IMG/VR virus record: IMGVR_UViG_3300045988_101743
Coordinates: 1 to 64,000 of that record
Length of the DNA stretch: 64,000 nt
Reading direction: 5' to 3' (one strand)
Source: a virus
Below are positions 17,543 to 26,986 of the stretch, in pieces (the first letter of the stretch is position 1; each line of letters opens with the position of its first letter). The notes under the pieces were generated by a model that saw nothing but the letters and a program-made list of their open reading frames with translations, did not search any database and was not told the origin of the DNA. The translations under genes and the position numbers were made by a program.

Positions 17543-18138
17543 TCAGTTAAACCATTTCACGGCTGTATCTCCTTTGTACCCTTTCTCCCAAATGAACCAT
17601 GCGTATGCGGCGGCGCTGCTTCCGTACGCCTTGAAATCGCCATTCATGGCACATTTTAGCCGTGACGAGCTTACCCAAACGCGAATGGGGGGGGGGAAGA
17701 ACGGAATAGAGAACGGCGAGCCTTTCCTTCAAGGAATGTCAGCTTGAGGAACATCGCCACCTTTTTTCCATTCGGGATGATGCGTAGAGCTTTCTCTACG
17801 AACTCCTGGGCGTACTTGTATGGAGGGTTTGTTACGATATTTCCATCCCATGACAAGTTGTCTATTGCGAGGAAGTCGGCCACTTCGCCGTAACCTCTAT
17901 CCACAAGGTCGCGGCTCACCACATCATACCCTGCCTTTTTCAGCACATCGCTCATGTGTCCTTCGCCACATGATGGCTCCAAGATCTTGCCTTCAAAATG
18001 CTCCAGCCGGCAGAGCCATTCTGTGGCCTTGGGCTCTGTAGCATAATAGTCCTCACACTGGCGCTCTCCATCCGTATGGTTGCTTGCTCCCAATGTCTTG
18101 AATATGGCGGCTGCGCCACCTGTCCAGTCCTTAGCCAT
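17543..18138 (-). CDS. DNA methyltransferase (N6A/N4C type; motif I then NPPY) interrupted by a frameshift at a G10/C10 homopolymer; intact in-frame part is 17671..18138
   Basis: LEPSCGEGHMSDVL is motif I (SAM-binding) and IVTNPPYKYA is motif IV. Reading through the tract 17688-17697 with one extra C gives a protein-like C-terminus ...AYAWFIWEKGYKGDTAVKWFN. The as-is and -1 frames end in SSPPPFAFG* or an Arg-rich string. Confidence 0.55.
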
Positions 18139-18161
18139 TCCGTTCGTTTTTTTACAATCTA

Positions 18162-18374
18162 TTATTTTCCCCTGCCTTCGACGGGTTTCTTTGCTGACTT
18201 ACACCAACCGAACACATCGTCATCGCCTGAATGTTCTTCCAGAAATTCAACCGTGTTTTTTAGACCCTTGGAAGCGTCTTTGTCTGAAATCCCCAAGTTT
18301 CTTGTGGCAGTAAAGAACAGCTTGGCCATCAGTTCTATTCCACTCTCCTCTGAGTTCAACACTATTTTTCCCAT
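18162..18374 (-). CDS. Small hypothetical protein (70 aa)
   Basis: ORF. Confidence 0.35.
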   Translation of the reverse strand: MGKIVLNSEESGIELMAKLFFTATRNLGISDKDASKGLKNTVEFLEEHSGDDDVFGWCKSAKKPVEGRGK

Positions 18375-18668
18375 ATTATCATATCTCTATTTCAAGTTAA
18401 ACAATCAGTACTACAGAAAGCCCCACCCTTTGTCCGTGTTGCGATCCGAACTTAGAGTGGGGCAAGTGTATAGAAGTGAAACGTCCCTATGCTCATTCCG
18501 TGTGTCCGCTATCAGGTTCGCAACTACCAACAAGCGAGAGCAAAGATAGGCAATAGGCAACTATCTTCCAAATATTGCAAAAATGCGTTAATGCGCTGAA
18601 TGGTGCGTTTTGTTGAGGTTTGGTATGAAACCTATAAACGAGCGATTTTTCTATTTATTGTTTATTAA

Positions 18669-18709
18669 CAAAAAGCCCCACAAGGCTATTGGGATAAGCC
18701 GTGTGGGGC
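18669..18709 (-). terminator. Rho-independent terminator for the leftward gene 18736..19029
   Basis: gccccaca...tgtggggc is an 8-bp stem followed on the minus strand by a T-run. Confidence 0.4.
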
Positions 18710-18735
18710 AAAGGGTTCTTGCAGAAAGGAGGCCG

Positions 18736-19029
18736 TCAGATGTTCTGGCAGATAGCGTCGTTGACCTCGGATTCCATAATCTTTGCCATGGTGCGTGTCA
18801 TGATGCTCGTCATTGCGTTGTACTGGTTGGTGAAGCGGTCTTCATCCTGATCGCTGAGCACACCTCCGTACTCATTGTTGCCACGTGTGGCCTCTCGCAT
18901 GAAGTCGCAGTAGACCTTGCGAAACTGAATGAGAATAGATGCGATGCAAGGCTGCTGAACGTTCTCGTACTTGGGGCGGTCGATAGTGTACTCGCCTACT
19001 TTTGATGTATCTGTTTCCATTGTTGTCAT
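18736..19029 (-). CDS. Hypothetical protein (97 aa)
   Basis: ORF. Confidence 0.45.
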   Translation of the reverse strand: MTTMETDTSKVGEYTIDRPKYENVQQPCIASILIQFRKVYCDFMREATRGNNEYGGVLSDQDEDRFTNQYNAMTSIMTRTMAKIMESEVNDAICQNI

Positions 19030-19044
19030 AGTGTTAAAGGGTTA

Positions 19045-19890
19045 TTACTTGAGGTCGATGATGGCCTGCTTGCTGATTCCGACTATCCCAAGGAGTTCGT
19101 CGAAAAGGTTGTCATACCAACGGGCCTGTGTCTGCTGCTGATACTTGGGGTCCTGTTGGTTCTGTCCGAACCTGTCGTAGTCGGGGTTGATGACGAACCA
19201 CTTGTGCGTCTTGCCGAACCTACCCGGGCGTGTGGCCTTTCTCACCACACCCTTGAGCTCAAGCATGCGGTTGAATGCCTGTGCCGATATGCCCACGTTG
19301 CGTTCCTTGAGCAAGTCGGAGGCAGCGTGCAGCACTGGGTTCGTTGTCCCTGCGTTCACGACCGATGGCAGCTCTGCCGCCAATCCGAACTTGTCGCTAA
19401 TCTTCTTCGCCCATGCAATCTTCGATGCGTCGTTGAGGTTGAGGGTCTTGATGGTCCAGTCGGCAAAGGTGAGGTTGGCCTGAATCTGCTCGTTGAGGCT
19501 TGCGCTCTATTGCTGAATATTGTTGGCTACATGATGGAATACTCTGCGATAAACCTCGAATACTGGGCGAACCTTGCGAGCAACAAAATACTCCAAGCAA
19601 GCGGAAGTGATGTAGTAATCAACTTTGTTGTTACCACCCCAATCTTGCTCCGCATTTTGGGGGAGCGAGCTATTTTCGCTCTTTTGGATAGCAATGTAAT
19701 CAACGTTCTCCATAAAGTTAGCTTTTAATGCTCTAACCGCATTATCTTTACGAGAATAAGCTAACTGCCAAACATCATCAAGGTTTACGGAAAATACCTT
19801 GTCTTGTTGGTCTAATGCCAACACACCGCGGAAGTAGCGTTCAATATCCGATGGAACACTATCCTTCGTTAAAATTAAATTTTCGTTCAT
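19045..19890 (-). CDS. Antirepressor (Bro-N/KilA-N N-domain + KilAC C-domain) interrupted by a single in-frame TAG at 19507-19509 (nonsense pseudogene or suppressed/recoded)
   Basis: ORFs 19507..19890 (MNENLILTK...VFSVNLDDVWQLAYSRKDNAVRALKANFMENVDY) and 19045..19506 (...ISAQAFNRMLELKGVV...KWFVINPDYDRFGQN...) are in the same frame. The 41 codons between the TAG and the first TTG stay protein-like. Confidence 0.6.
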
Positions 19891-20282
19891 TTCGATATAT
19901 TTTTGAACGTTAAACAAATGTTGGGTTGATACACGAAAAGGGTGTACCGCTACCCTTTGTTCAATGCCTATATCGGAAAGCACGCACACACCATTACGAT
20001 ATGTGCAAGGGGCGATACACCTATATCTTTGATATGGATATATCAGTCTCGTAAGATTAAGAGCATAAAAAATGCTCCACCGAATTGACGGAAGAGCTTC
20101 CTATTTCTCTCCCGATATATTTATTGAACGCTGCAAAGATACGAAAAATATTCCAATCTTGCGTGTGCTAAGTAAACCTTTAACCAAACTTTAACATTTG
20201 GCTTATTGATTATTCTTTCTATTTGTTGAGAGGATATAATAAACCCACCTACCTTTGTGGGGTAGATGGGTAAAAAGTAATT

Positions 20283-20831
20283 TTAGTTGTCGCTTAAACT
20301 TCTACCGAATTTTTTAACTATACAATATGCTTGTACATATTCATCAGTCGCATCAAAAGTGTCTTTCTTGCAACATTTTTTCTTTACAAATGAATCCGTA
20401 TCAGCATACTCCAGCGGTAATGAAAATGCGAGCATACCAGTTGCCTCTCCTAACCAATCACTATCGATACAATGTGCATTCTCGGATTTGTCGCTCATGA
20501 ACGAAACGAACAGGTTATTTTCGTATCTTAATAGGATAAACTGGCCCTTTCCATTTACATGACCTCCATAGGCATTTTCGGCAACAAATCTAAAATTCAT
20601 TACACACAGTGAGTCGCTGGATGCTACAATACTAAAATCACTTAATTTTGTCGCATCTGGGTTTCTGAAATTATCTTTTATATATTCGTGTAATTGCCGA
20701 TTGCATTCTTCTTGAAATAAAACCTTTTTGGGTTTCTCTGTTGGCTTTGGAGCTTGCTTTGGCTTTTCTTTGCATGCTCCAAGCAACACTACCGCCAGCA
20801 TTACCGCCAGCACGGATAAAATCTTCTTCAT
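20283..20831 (-). CDS. Lipoprotein (signal peptide + lipobox LLGAC), moron-like
   Basis: MKKILSVLAVMLAVVLLGACKEKPK. It is flanked by ORF-free AT-rich DNA on both sides. Confidence 0.6.
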   Translation of the reverse strand: MKKILSVLAVMLAVVLLGACKEKPKQAPKPTEKPKKVLFQEECNRQLHEYIKDNFRNPDATKLSDFSIVASSDSLCVMNFRFVAENAYGGHVNGKGQFILLRYENNLFVSFMSDKSENAHCIDSDWLGEATGMLAFSLPLEYADTDSFVKKKCCKKDTFDATDEYVQAYCIVKKFGRSLSDN

Positions 20832-20939
20832 AAGCATGATCTTTTAGTTATTGTTATTAGCTCTGCGAAATTACAAAATTCAGTTAACGCACGCAAGCCT
20901 TTTGCCGGATTTAACACTTCCAAAACAGGCGCTTTCACG

Positions 20940-21300
20940 CACCCGAATTTATCGCGTTTCGCAAAATATTACACCGAAATTGCAGTTTCGCACGATTTCC
21001 GCACGAAATGCGCACGATTTCGCACACCTTTACTCCTATGTATCAGTGAGTTACAAAACACTTGCGCACGATTTCCGCACGATTTCCGCACGGCTCGCAC
21101 ACTCGTATTTCTTAACACGGAAAATCAAAACCGCTTATAGTCAGCGAGTTACGTTCGTCGTGGCCTCGGGGAAATTTACAAAATCGGCTAAAATCGGCAA
21201 AAATTCATCCTCGCGCGCGTATTAGTACTATACCAGTATAGTATATTAAATATATATTATATATATTATTTATATTAAATTATTATTATGTCCGAAATCG
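20940..21300. repeat. Second iteron cluster (CGCACGA at 11-bp spacing, at least 5 copies, reverse orientation of the 3040 set) followed by an AT-rich segment with a palindrome; candidate replication origin
   Basis: tcgcacgatttccgcacgaaatgcgcacgatttcgcacac...tgcgcacgatttccgcacgatttccgcacgg. Then tactataccagtatagta and about 80 nt that is over 90% A+T, inside a 630-bp ORF-free gap. Confidence 0.5.
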
Positions 21301-21468
21301 AAAATTTTCGTGCGTGTTCTATGAGAGAGTAATTTTTTTTGAGCTTTCCGAACACCCCCAAAGCCCCCTCTTTTTCCTATGACAAAAAACAATCCCCACC
21401 TACGCTTGGCAGGTGGGGAGAGAAATGAGAAAACTTTTTGGAGTGTTTGAGTTTTCTGTAACGCTCGC

Positions 21469-21936
21469 TTACGAGTTCCTGACGAGGAACTTCACTCTAT
21501 TGCTCTGAAGGAAATACTTGGCGGCGTTGACAACATTCTGATCATCATCAATCCACATAAGACAGTTGCCATCCTCGAACACACACTCCGCATCATTCAG
21601 TAGCATTGGTAGCTCCTTTTCTGCCTTCTGCCTGTTAAACTCTGACTGGAACTCGTCAAAGTCGATGATATCGCAAAGCACGATTCTACGCTTACCATCG
21701 CGAAAGTTGGGTAAATAATCGTAGTTCTCATTCAGGTAGGCCTTCAGCTCGTCAATCTGCTCCTGTGTCGGCTCACCTGTCTCGTCGAGCTCGTCGTCAT
21801 CGAAAAACTCCTCGTAGCCCGTTCCGTTTTCGGCCACGCTGATAATATAGTCAGCGATAGAGTCGTAGCCGTTGATGATGGAAGCCGCATTGTCGTGTGC
21901 AATACCCTGCACGTATGTGTCTATTGATTTTCTCAT
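21469..21936 (-). CDS. Hypothetical acidic protein (155 aa)
   Basis: ORF. Confidence 0.5.
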   Translation of the reverse strand: MRKSIDTYVQGIAHDNAASIINGYDSIADYIISVAENGTGYEEFFDDDELDETGEPTQEQIDELKAYLNENYDYLPNFRDGKRRIVLCDIIDFDEFQSEFNRQKAEKELPMLLNDAECVFEDGNCLMWIDDDQNVVNAAKYFLQSNRVKFLVRNS

Positions 21937-21999
21937 GTGTGTGACTTAACCGTGATGTCGAGGGCTGAATAGTTGTTGTTAAATCAGTTTGTTAGTTAG

Positions 22000-22275
22000 T
22001 TAGAACGTCTGCTCGGTCTCGAACTCCACTTTGTTTTCCCAATCGAAGGAGTCGGTATCACTCTCCTCTTCTGGCGAGAGATACCAGTATGCGGTCAACC
22101 TGCAACCGTCCATTGTGACGGGCGCACCTGCATACTCAGCCTTTCCGATATGTTCGGGGTTCTCGAATGATGGGTACATAACCCTGCTGGTTGGCTCTGC
22201 GTTTGAAGCCGTCGCCTTGCTGACGATATCCTCGCCAAACTTGCTAATCGCTTCCGCTTTGCTTAATTTCTTCAT
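22000..22275 (-). CDS. Hypothetical protein (start MKKLSKAEAI)
   Basis: ORF with an internal ATG after low-complexity leader residues. Confidence 0.4.
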   Translation of the reverse strand: MKKLSKAEAISKFGEDIVSKATASNAEPTSRVMYPSFENPEHIGKAEYAGAPVTMDGCRLTAYWYLSPEEESDTDSFDWENKVEFETEQTF

Positions 22276-22341
22276 AATTTTGTTGTTGTTAATGGTTCGT
22301 TGTGAAATGCCCGTCAAGCCGATAGCGCAGCTTTGGTCCAT

Positions 22342-22605
22342 TTAATCAACGCAGAACCATGGTGACACGTACACTGGGTCGTTGAAATCGACAAACTCCC
22401 CCTTGTCGTCGAGAGACAAGATGTCGTCCTCGTACACCTCGTAACGGGCCACGTGCGCATCCGCACCGCACTCGCGCTTGTCGTCAACAATCTTCTTGTT
22501 TCCAATCAGGAAACGGATGCGCGACTCCGCATACTCGAGGCTGCTTTGGCAGTCTACGCGAGACGCATGTTTGGCCTCGTCGATGAAATAAATCACATAC
22601 ATCAT
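22342..22605 (-). CDS. Hypothetical protein (87 aa)
   Basis: ORF. Confidence 0.4.
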   Translation of the reverse strand: MMYVIYFIDEAKHASRVDCQSSLEYAESRIRFLIGNKKIVDDKRECGADAHVARYEVYEDDILSLDDKGEFVDFNDPVYVSPWFCVD

Positions 22606-22635
22606 AAATGATAAAAATTAAAGGGTTATGTAATG

Positions 22636-23571
22636 TTAGCTAAACAACGCCAGTACCTGTTTGCTGATTTTCTTTCGAGCACAGATATAGTTTGACGTCA
22701 TTGTGATGTTCGGTACATTTCCGCTTATGTGGCCCATCATGATGGCAATCTGCTCCAATGGGCAACCCTTGAGCGACAGGAGCGTTGCGAAGGTCCTGCG
22801 CCCCGTGTGTGTCGCAATGAACTGGTACTTCTTCCCGACCTTTGTCTTGCCGTTCGAGAACACGGACACCTCGTCGGTTATGCCGCATTTCCTGCACATG
22901 TCCCTAATCGGTTCGTTTAGGTGGTCGTTACGAATGTTTCTCTCATTGTCGGCCCAATCGTCCACAAGGTATTGAAGAAGCCATCTGTGTACGGGCACAG
23001 ACACCTCTACGGGGTGTTTTTGTGGAACGTACGTAAGGTACTCTGTGCCGTCGATGGTGTGCAGGTTGGCGATCGTGAACCTTCGGCAGTCAACACACCT
23101 CGCGCCAGTAAGGCACTCGCGCATGAACATGAACTTGGCGTAACGCTCACGCTCGTTCATCGGCTGGTAGTTGTGCAGCCTCTTGAGCTCGGCGGACGTA
23201 AGGTACACGTTCTGCGACGGAACCTTCTTGGACTTGAGGATTGTTGAGAAAGTCTTTGACTTGATGGGTTTCGTGGCCGAGTTCCTGTTGAGGATGGCCT
23301 TTAGCTCCGCGCATATAGTACGAACGCTGTTTGGCGACATCTCGGACAGCATATCCTCCTTTAGGTCGGACAGGGTGTCGTCGGTCAGGTCCTCCCACTC
23401 GGGAGTCCTTCCTATGATGTCCCTAAGCCTTACAAGCGTAGTGATCCTGCCTGGATGCTTGCGACACCACGTTCCCGAGAACGAATGCCAACGAGGGTTC
23501 TCTACGGTCAGGAACCCATGCTTGATAGCGGAGGAGTATTTCTTCCTCTGCTCTTCAGTTAGTTGTTTCAT
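22636..23571 (-). CDS. Second tyrosine recombinase (phage-integrase/XerD-like), carrying the cassette-type upstream motif
   Basis: ATHTGRRTFATLL...EQIAIMMGHISGNVPNITMTSNYI carries HxxR and a Y nucleophile. The upstream element is catatattaaccaatatccattATG. Confidence 0.8.
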   Translation of the reverse strand: MKQLTEEQRKKYSSAIKHGFLTVENPRWHSFSGTWCRKHPGRITTLVRLRDIIGRTPEWEDLTDDTLSDLKEDMLSEMSPNSVRTICAELKAILNRNSATKPIKSKTFSTILKSKKVPSQNVYLTSAELKRLHNYQPMNERERYAKFMFMRECLTGARCVDCRRFTIANLHTIDGTEYLTYVPQKHPVEVSVPVHRWLLQYLVDDWADNERNIRNDHLNEPIRDMCRKCGITDEVSVFSNGKTKVGKKYQFIATHTGRRTFATLLSLKGCPLEQIAIMMGHISGNVPNITMTSNYICARKKISKQVLALFS

Positions 23572-23648
23572 GACTCATAATGGATATTGGTTAATATATG
23601 GCTCCGCACACCTGTTTCACAAAGCGTGCGGATGTTGGCCAAACGCCC

Positions 23649-24149
23649 TTAGATGAGAGATACGGCTGCCGTGCCGGACAGCTTTCCCCTCTTCTTCTCA
23701 ACAACATACCCTCCCATTATGCGCAACATAGAGAGACTGTTCTCATAGAAAGGGTTGTCAACGATGATATATGTTGACGAATACAGCGTACGTTTTTTAA
23801 TCTCTGACGCATAATCGCTGAACCCTTCCGCTCCATAGTTGCGAATGCTGTATTTAATCCACTCGTCGAGGTCTATGTTCATGGTCTTCCAACCGCGTTC
23901 CCTGTCTTCGTCTGACAAGTTCCAGTATTCGTGACGGTCCCATCCGTACTCTCCGTCCTTCTTCATTCTCTCAACCTCTTCGCCAGTCTTGATGTCGACA
24001 AAACGAGTACGTAGCACGACGAGCCTACTGTTGACGTCTCGCTCGGAGAAGTATCCGGCCACGGCGTTCATGAAGCCTGTTGTGTCAAACTTGTTCGGAA
24101 CGAAACCCTTCTCCTTCAGAAGGTCTTTCGCCGTGATGATTTTTCCCAT
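23649..24149 (-). CDS. Hypothetical protein (166 aa), cassette-type gene
   Basis: Preceded by cgtatattaaccattaaaacaactaagcatttATG. Confidence 0.5.
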   Translation of the reverse strand: MGKIITAKDLLKEKGFVPNKFDTTGFMNAVAGYFSERDVNSRLVVLRTRFVDIKTGEEVERMKKDGEYGWDRHEYWNLSDEDRERGWKTMNIDLDEWIKYSIRNYGAEGFSDYASEIKKRTLYSSTYIIVDNPFYENSLSMLRIMGGYVVEKKRGKLSGTAAVSLI

Positions 24150-25647
24150 AAATGCTTAGTTGTTTTAATGGTTAATATACGTTCGCAAAGGTAGGTAAAT
24201 TATCTTATAACAACCAACCTTTTTATCTCTTTAACATAATAAATTCCGTCTGGCTCACAGGTGTGCGCACACGGCGAAAATATAGGCGCACTCTGAGGGT
24301 AGTGTAGCGTTCCTGTACGTGTGTGGTGTGGAGTGTGAGACGGCACGGTTTAATGAAAGCGACAGCTTATTAAACGGTACCATAGCTCAGAGTCCACCGA
24401 ATTGAGCCCTCCTTGTGCGCCTTCGGCTGCTATGCCGAATCCATGTGTCAGACGGCGCGCCGCATGACTATACTTCAATGACTAATTATGCGTGAGTCAC
24501 GATGAAGGATCGACGTCTGAGGGATACGAAGACGTCGATCTTGATTCAAGAGACTCATGCTTAAGATAATGTCGTCCTTCACAATGGAAAACTGCGGTTT
24601 TTGAATTGGTGGGCACGCTCAGACGGCGTGTAGCCTATCTGTACGTCATTGATACGCACCCGTTGCGTAGTGAAATGGTCCGCGTTCGATTTGCACGCGG
24701 ACCATGATCCGTAACAAACGGGGGCATTGAATTGTCCGTCCTTGCGTGTCCGTAGGGCTATCTGCTTGCTCCCCTCATTGACCTTGGCGCAACGCTATAC
24801 TCAGTTGATGTAAGCTGAGGGATAGACCCGGGTGAAAGGATGTCCGTTGGCATCAAGGAACCCGGGTGATACCCAGCTTTCATAAATGTGGTCAAACTTG
24901 GGAAACTACCCATGCGTTTGGGTTTTCGCGATTGCAGGCGGCTTGGTACAGTCGTCTACTTGATTGTTTTGTGCAATACTCGCCAGAAGACCGACATAGA
25001 GGTCGTCTGGTTAGAGACTTGCTTGATAAATGATGTCGCTCGCCATCGCGCTTTGGCGGTGTACTCCGCCTATGGATTGCGAAACAGACTGGCGCATCGC
25101 TTTATTAGCTTGATATAACCCGCCTTCTGAAAGAGATGGTTCCTGAAATCGGACGTTCGGTAGAACATGCGTTTCAGTGCTCCATCTCTCTCCTTGAGAG
25201 GCGGCGTTATTGAATTTGCCCGTTCCTCATCCATCACCGTGCGCCCGGTGCTCATAAAGGATCCACTCATGGCACATCCCGCATCGCATTACGTGTGTGA
25301 TACGAATCCTGTGGGAATGACCGGATAATCCAACCTAAAGCCTCGCCGATAAGGCAGGCTTTGGCTCGGATGAGCCGGTTCACTCACCAGGACGCTAAAT
25401 GTTGTGCCCGTCGTGAAGCGACCCTGCGGTGGGTTTGTGTCTTCCGTCATGTCGCGTTCCACATTGCAATACTGCGTTGATGTTGTGCGGCGTTGACACT
25501 GGCATCGTTAAGCCCGGTGTGGGTTTCAAGGATGCCAGTGGGAGGCCGTCTTCTTCCAGCGCGTTAGAGCTGGACCGAAGACGGACGTACGCCGCATGCT
25601 GAATATGCGACCATTCGGAAGACGGGCCCTGCGGTGGGTCACAACCA
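24150..25647 (-). other. 1.5-kb ORF-free, hairpin-rich region immediately 3' of the reverse transcriptase: candidate retroelement RNA component (DGR template region, group II intron domains or novel RT-associated ncRNA)
   Basis: No ORF of 60 aa or more with protein-like composition, despite about 50% GC. It has many perfect 8-11-bp stems, for example gatcgacgtct...agacgtcgatc at 24511-24542 and ggtccgcg...cgcggacc at 24680-24706. A 13-nt direct repeat ccctgcggtgggt at 25422 and 25627 brackets a hairpin at 25546-25584. Confidence 0.35.
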
Positions 25648-26913
25648 TTAGAGGTTGGCGACAAGCGCGCCGTACGCGGCCTTGCTTGTGCGTAGGGCCT
25701 TCTGGGCGCATCCGATTGACAGGAAGCCGCAAAGCTCCTTGTCGACCTTCGCCCTGTTGGCCTTGACGTTTCGGCCACGGCCACGGTCTATGCAACCTAC
25801 GGCCTGTGTCTTGACGTACCCGAGGCCACCAACCTTCGTCTTGCCTGTGCCTACCGCACGTATGCAGTCCATGGCAAAGGCGTTGAGCTTGTCGATGTCC
25901 TCCTTGACATTGAGGACGGGAAGAACCTGTGTGGCCCACGAGAACTCACCGTAGCCCTTGTAGAGGTATCGGTTGACAGCGTTGATGGCTTTCGCCATCG
26001 TATTGCCGCGCTTCTTGATGGTCCTTCTCTCAATCTCCTTCTGGAAGGTCTTGATCCTCTTTGCGGAGAGTGAGATGCTCCTTCCCTTGATGGAATACCC
26101 GAGGAACTTGAACCAGTGGTCCGAGTCAAGGTATTCGACCTTCTTGGGATTGAGCGTCATGCCCATCTTGGCCAGCTCCTCCGTCATGATCACCATGGCC
26201 TCCTTGTAGTCCTTTCCGATGAACAGCGTGTCGTCAGAGTAGCGGACGTAGTATCCGCCGAGACGGGACAGCCTGTCATCGATATGGTACAGGACCACGT
26301 CGGCGAGCCATGAGGCAACGCTGCAACCCTGCTTTAACGACTGGTACTTCTCTTGTAGAACGCCTTCTGTGTCAAAATAGTAGTTGCAATGGTAGTAATC
26401 CCTGATGACATCAACGAGAGCCGACTTACCGAACTTGTCCTCGACCTTGTCAAAGGCCCAGTCAACGAACGCAAGCGGCACCGTGTCGAAATACTTCGAC
26501 AGGTCGGACTTGAAGCCTATGACCGTACCGTTGGCGGAGGCTATCCTTGTGGAAACCTCCTGTACGACACGGCCACAACCCAGGCCCTTTTGGTAGGACT
26601 TGCAATTGGGATGCACCATCTCGGGCATAATCTCAAACAACAGGTCGTTTGCGATGCTGAGAAGAATGCGGTCGGCAGGCTCATTGATATAGACGGTACG
26701 GAACTCTCCGTTGTCCTTTGGTATGAGCGCCGTGTGTGGCGGCATGATCTTGTACTTTCCGTCACGTATTCTCCTATACATCTCAGCGCGCGCCTGTGGC
26801 GTAGTGAGCCTGTACATCGTGGCCTTGTCCATGTCCTTGTCCATGCCCTTCGCTATGGCGTATTGCCAACGCTCGGGCTCAAAGAACATCTGTAAGATTT
26901 TGTCTTCTTTCAT
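25648..26913 (-). CDS. Reverse transcriptase (RT motifs 1-7, YSDD catalytic box); family unresolved
   Basis: IPKDNGEFRTVY (motif 1), FKSDLSKYFDTV (motif 3, DGR-like KYFD), KQGCSVASWLADVVL (motif 4, group-II-like QG), YVRYSDDTLFIG (motif 5) and WFKFLGYSI (motif 7). 421 aa, with the cassette motif aacattaaccaatagaattATG upstream. Confidence 0.85.
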   Translation of the reverse strand: MKEDKILQMFFEPERWQYAIAKGMDKDMDKATMYRLTTPQARAEMYRRIRDGKYKIMPPHTALIPKDNGEFRTVYINEPADRILLSIANDLLFEIMPEMVHPNCKSYQKGLGCGRVVQEVSTRIASANGTVIGFKSDLSKYFDTVPLAFVDWAFDKVEDKFGKSALVDVIRDYYHCNYYFDTEGVLQEKYQSLKQGCSVASWLADVVLYHIDDRLSRLGGYYVRYSDDTLFIGKDYKEAMVIMTEELAKMGMTLNPKKVEYLDSDHWFKFLGYSIKGRSISLSAKRIKTFQKEIERRTIKKRGNTMAKAINAVNRYLYKGYGEFSWATQVLPVLNVKEDIDKLNAFAMDCIRAVGTGKTKVGGLGYVKTQAVGCIDRGRGRNVKANRAKVDKELCGFLSIGCAQKALRTSKAAYGALVANL

Positions 26914-26986
26914 AATTCTATTGGTTAATGTTAAACATGTGCCCTACTCTTTATGTAGGGCTTAGGGCTACGACACATTCAAGCGC

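Noticed and set aside
21937-21999. Possible stop-codon readthrough joining 21469..21936 and 22000..22341 (same frame)
   Set aside because: Extending upstream from 21936 in frame hits a stop within 7 codons; they are two separate genes.
24261-25245. Plus-strand GTGCG words (24263, 25241 GTGCGCCCGG) as group II intron 5' ends
   Set aside because: The RT is on the minus strand, and an intron cannot have its protein on the opposite strand. No domain V (AGC...GNRA...34-nt helix) could be found by eye on either strand. Kept only as an open hypothesis inside the RT finding.
25395-25939. ORFs 25395..25784 and 25526..25939 on the minus strand
   Set aside because: Pro/Arg/Gly-rich with no start context, overlapping the RT 3' end and the hairpin-rich region; treated as non-coding.
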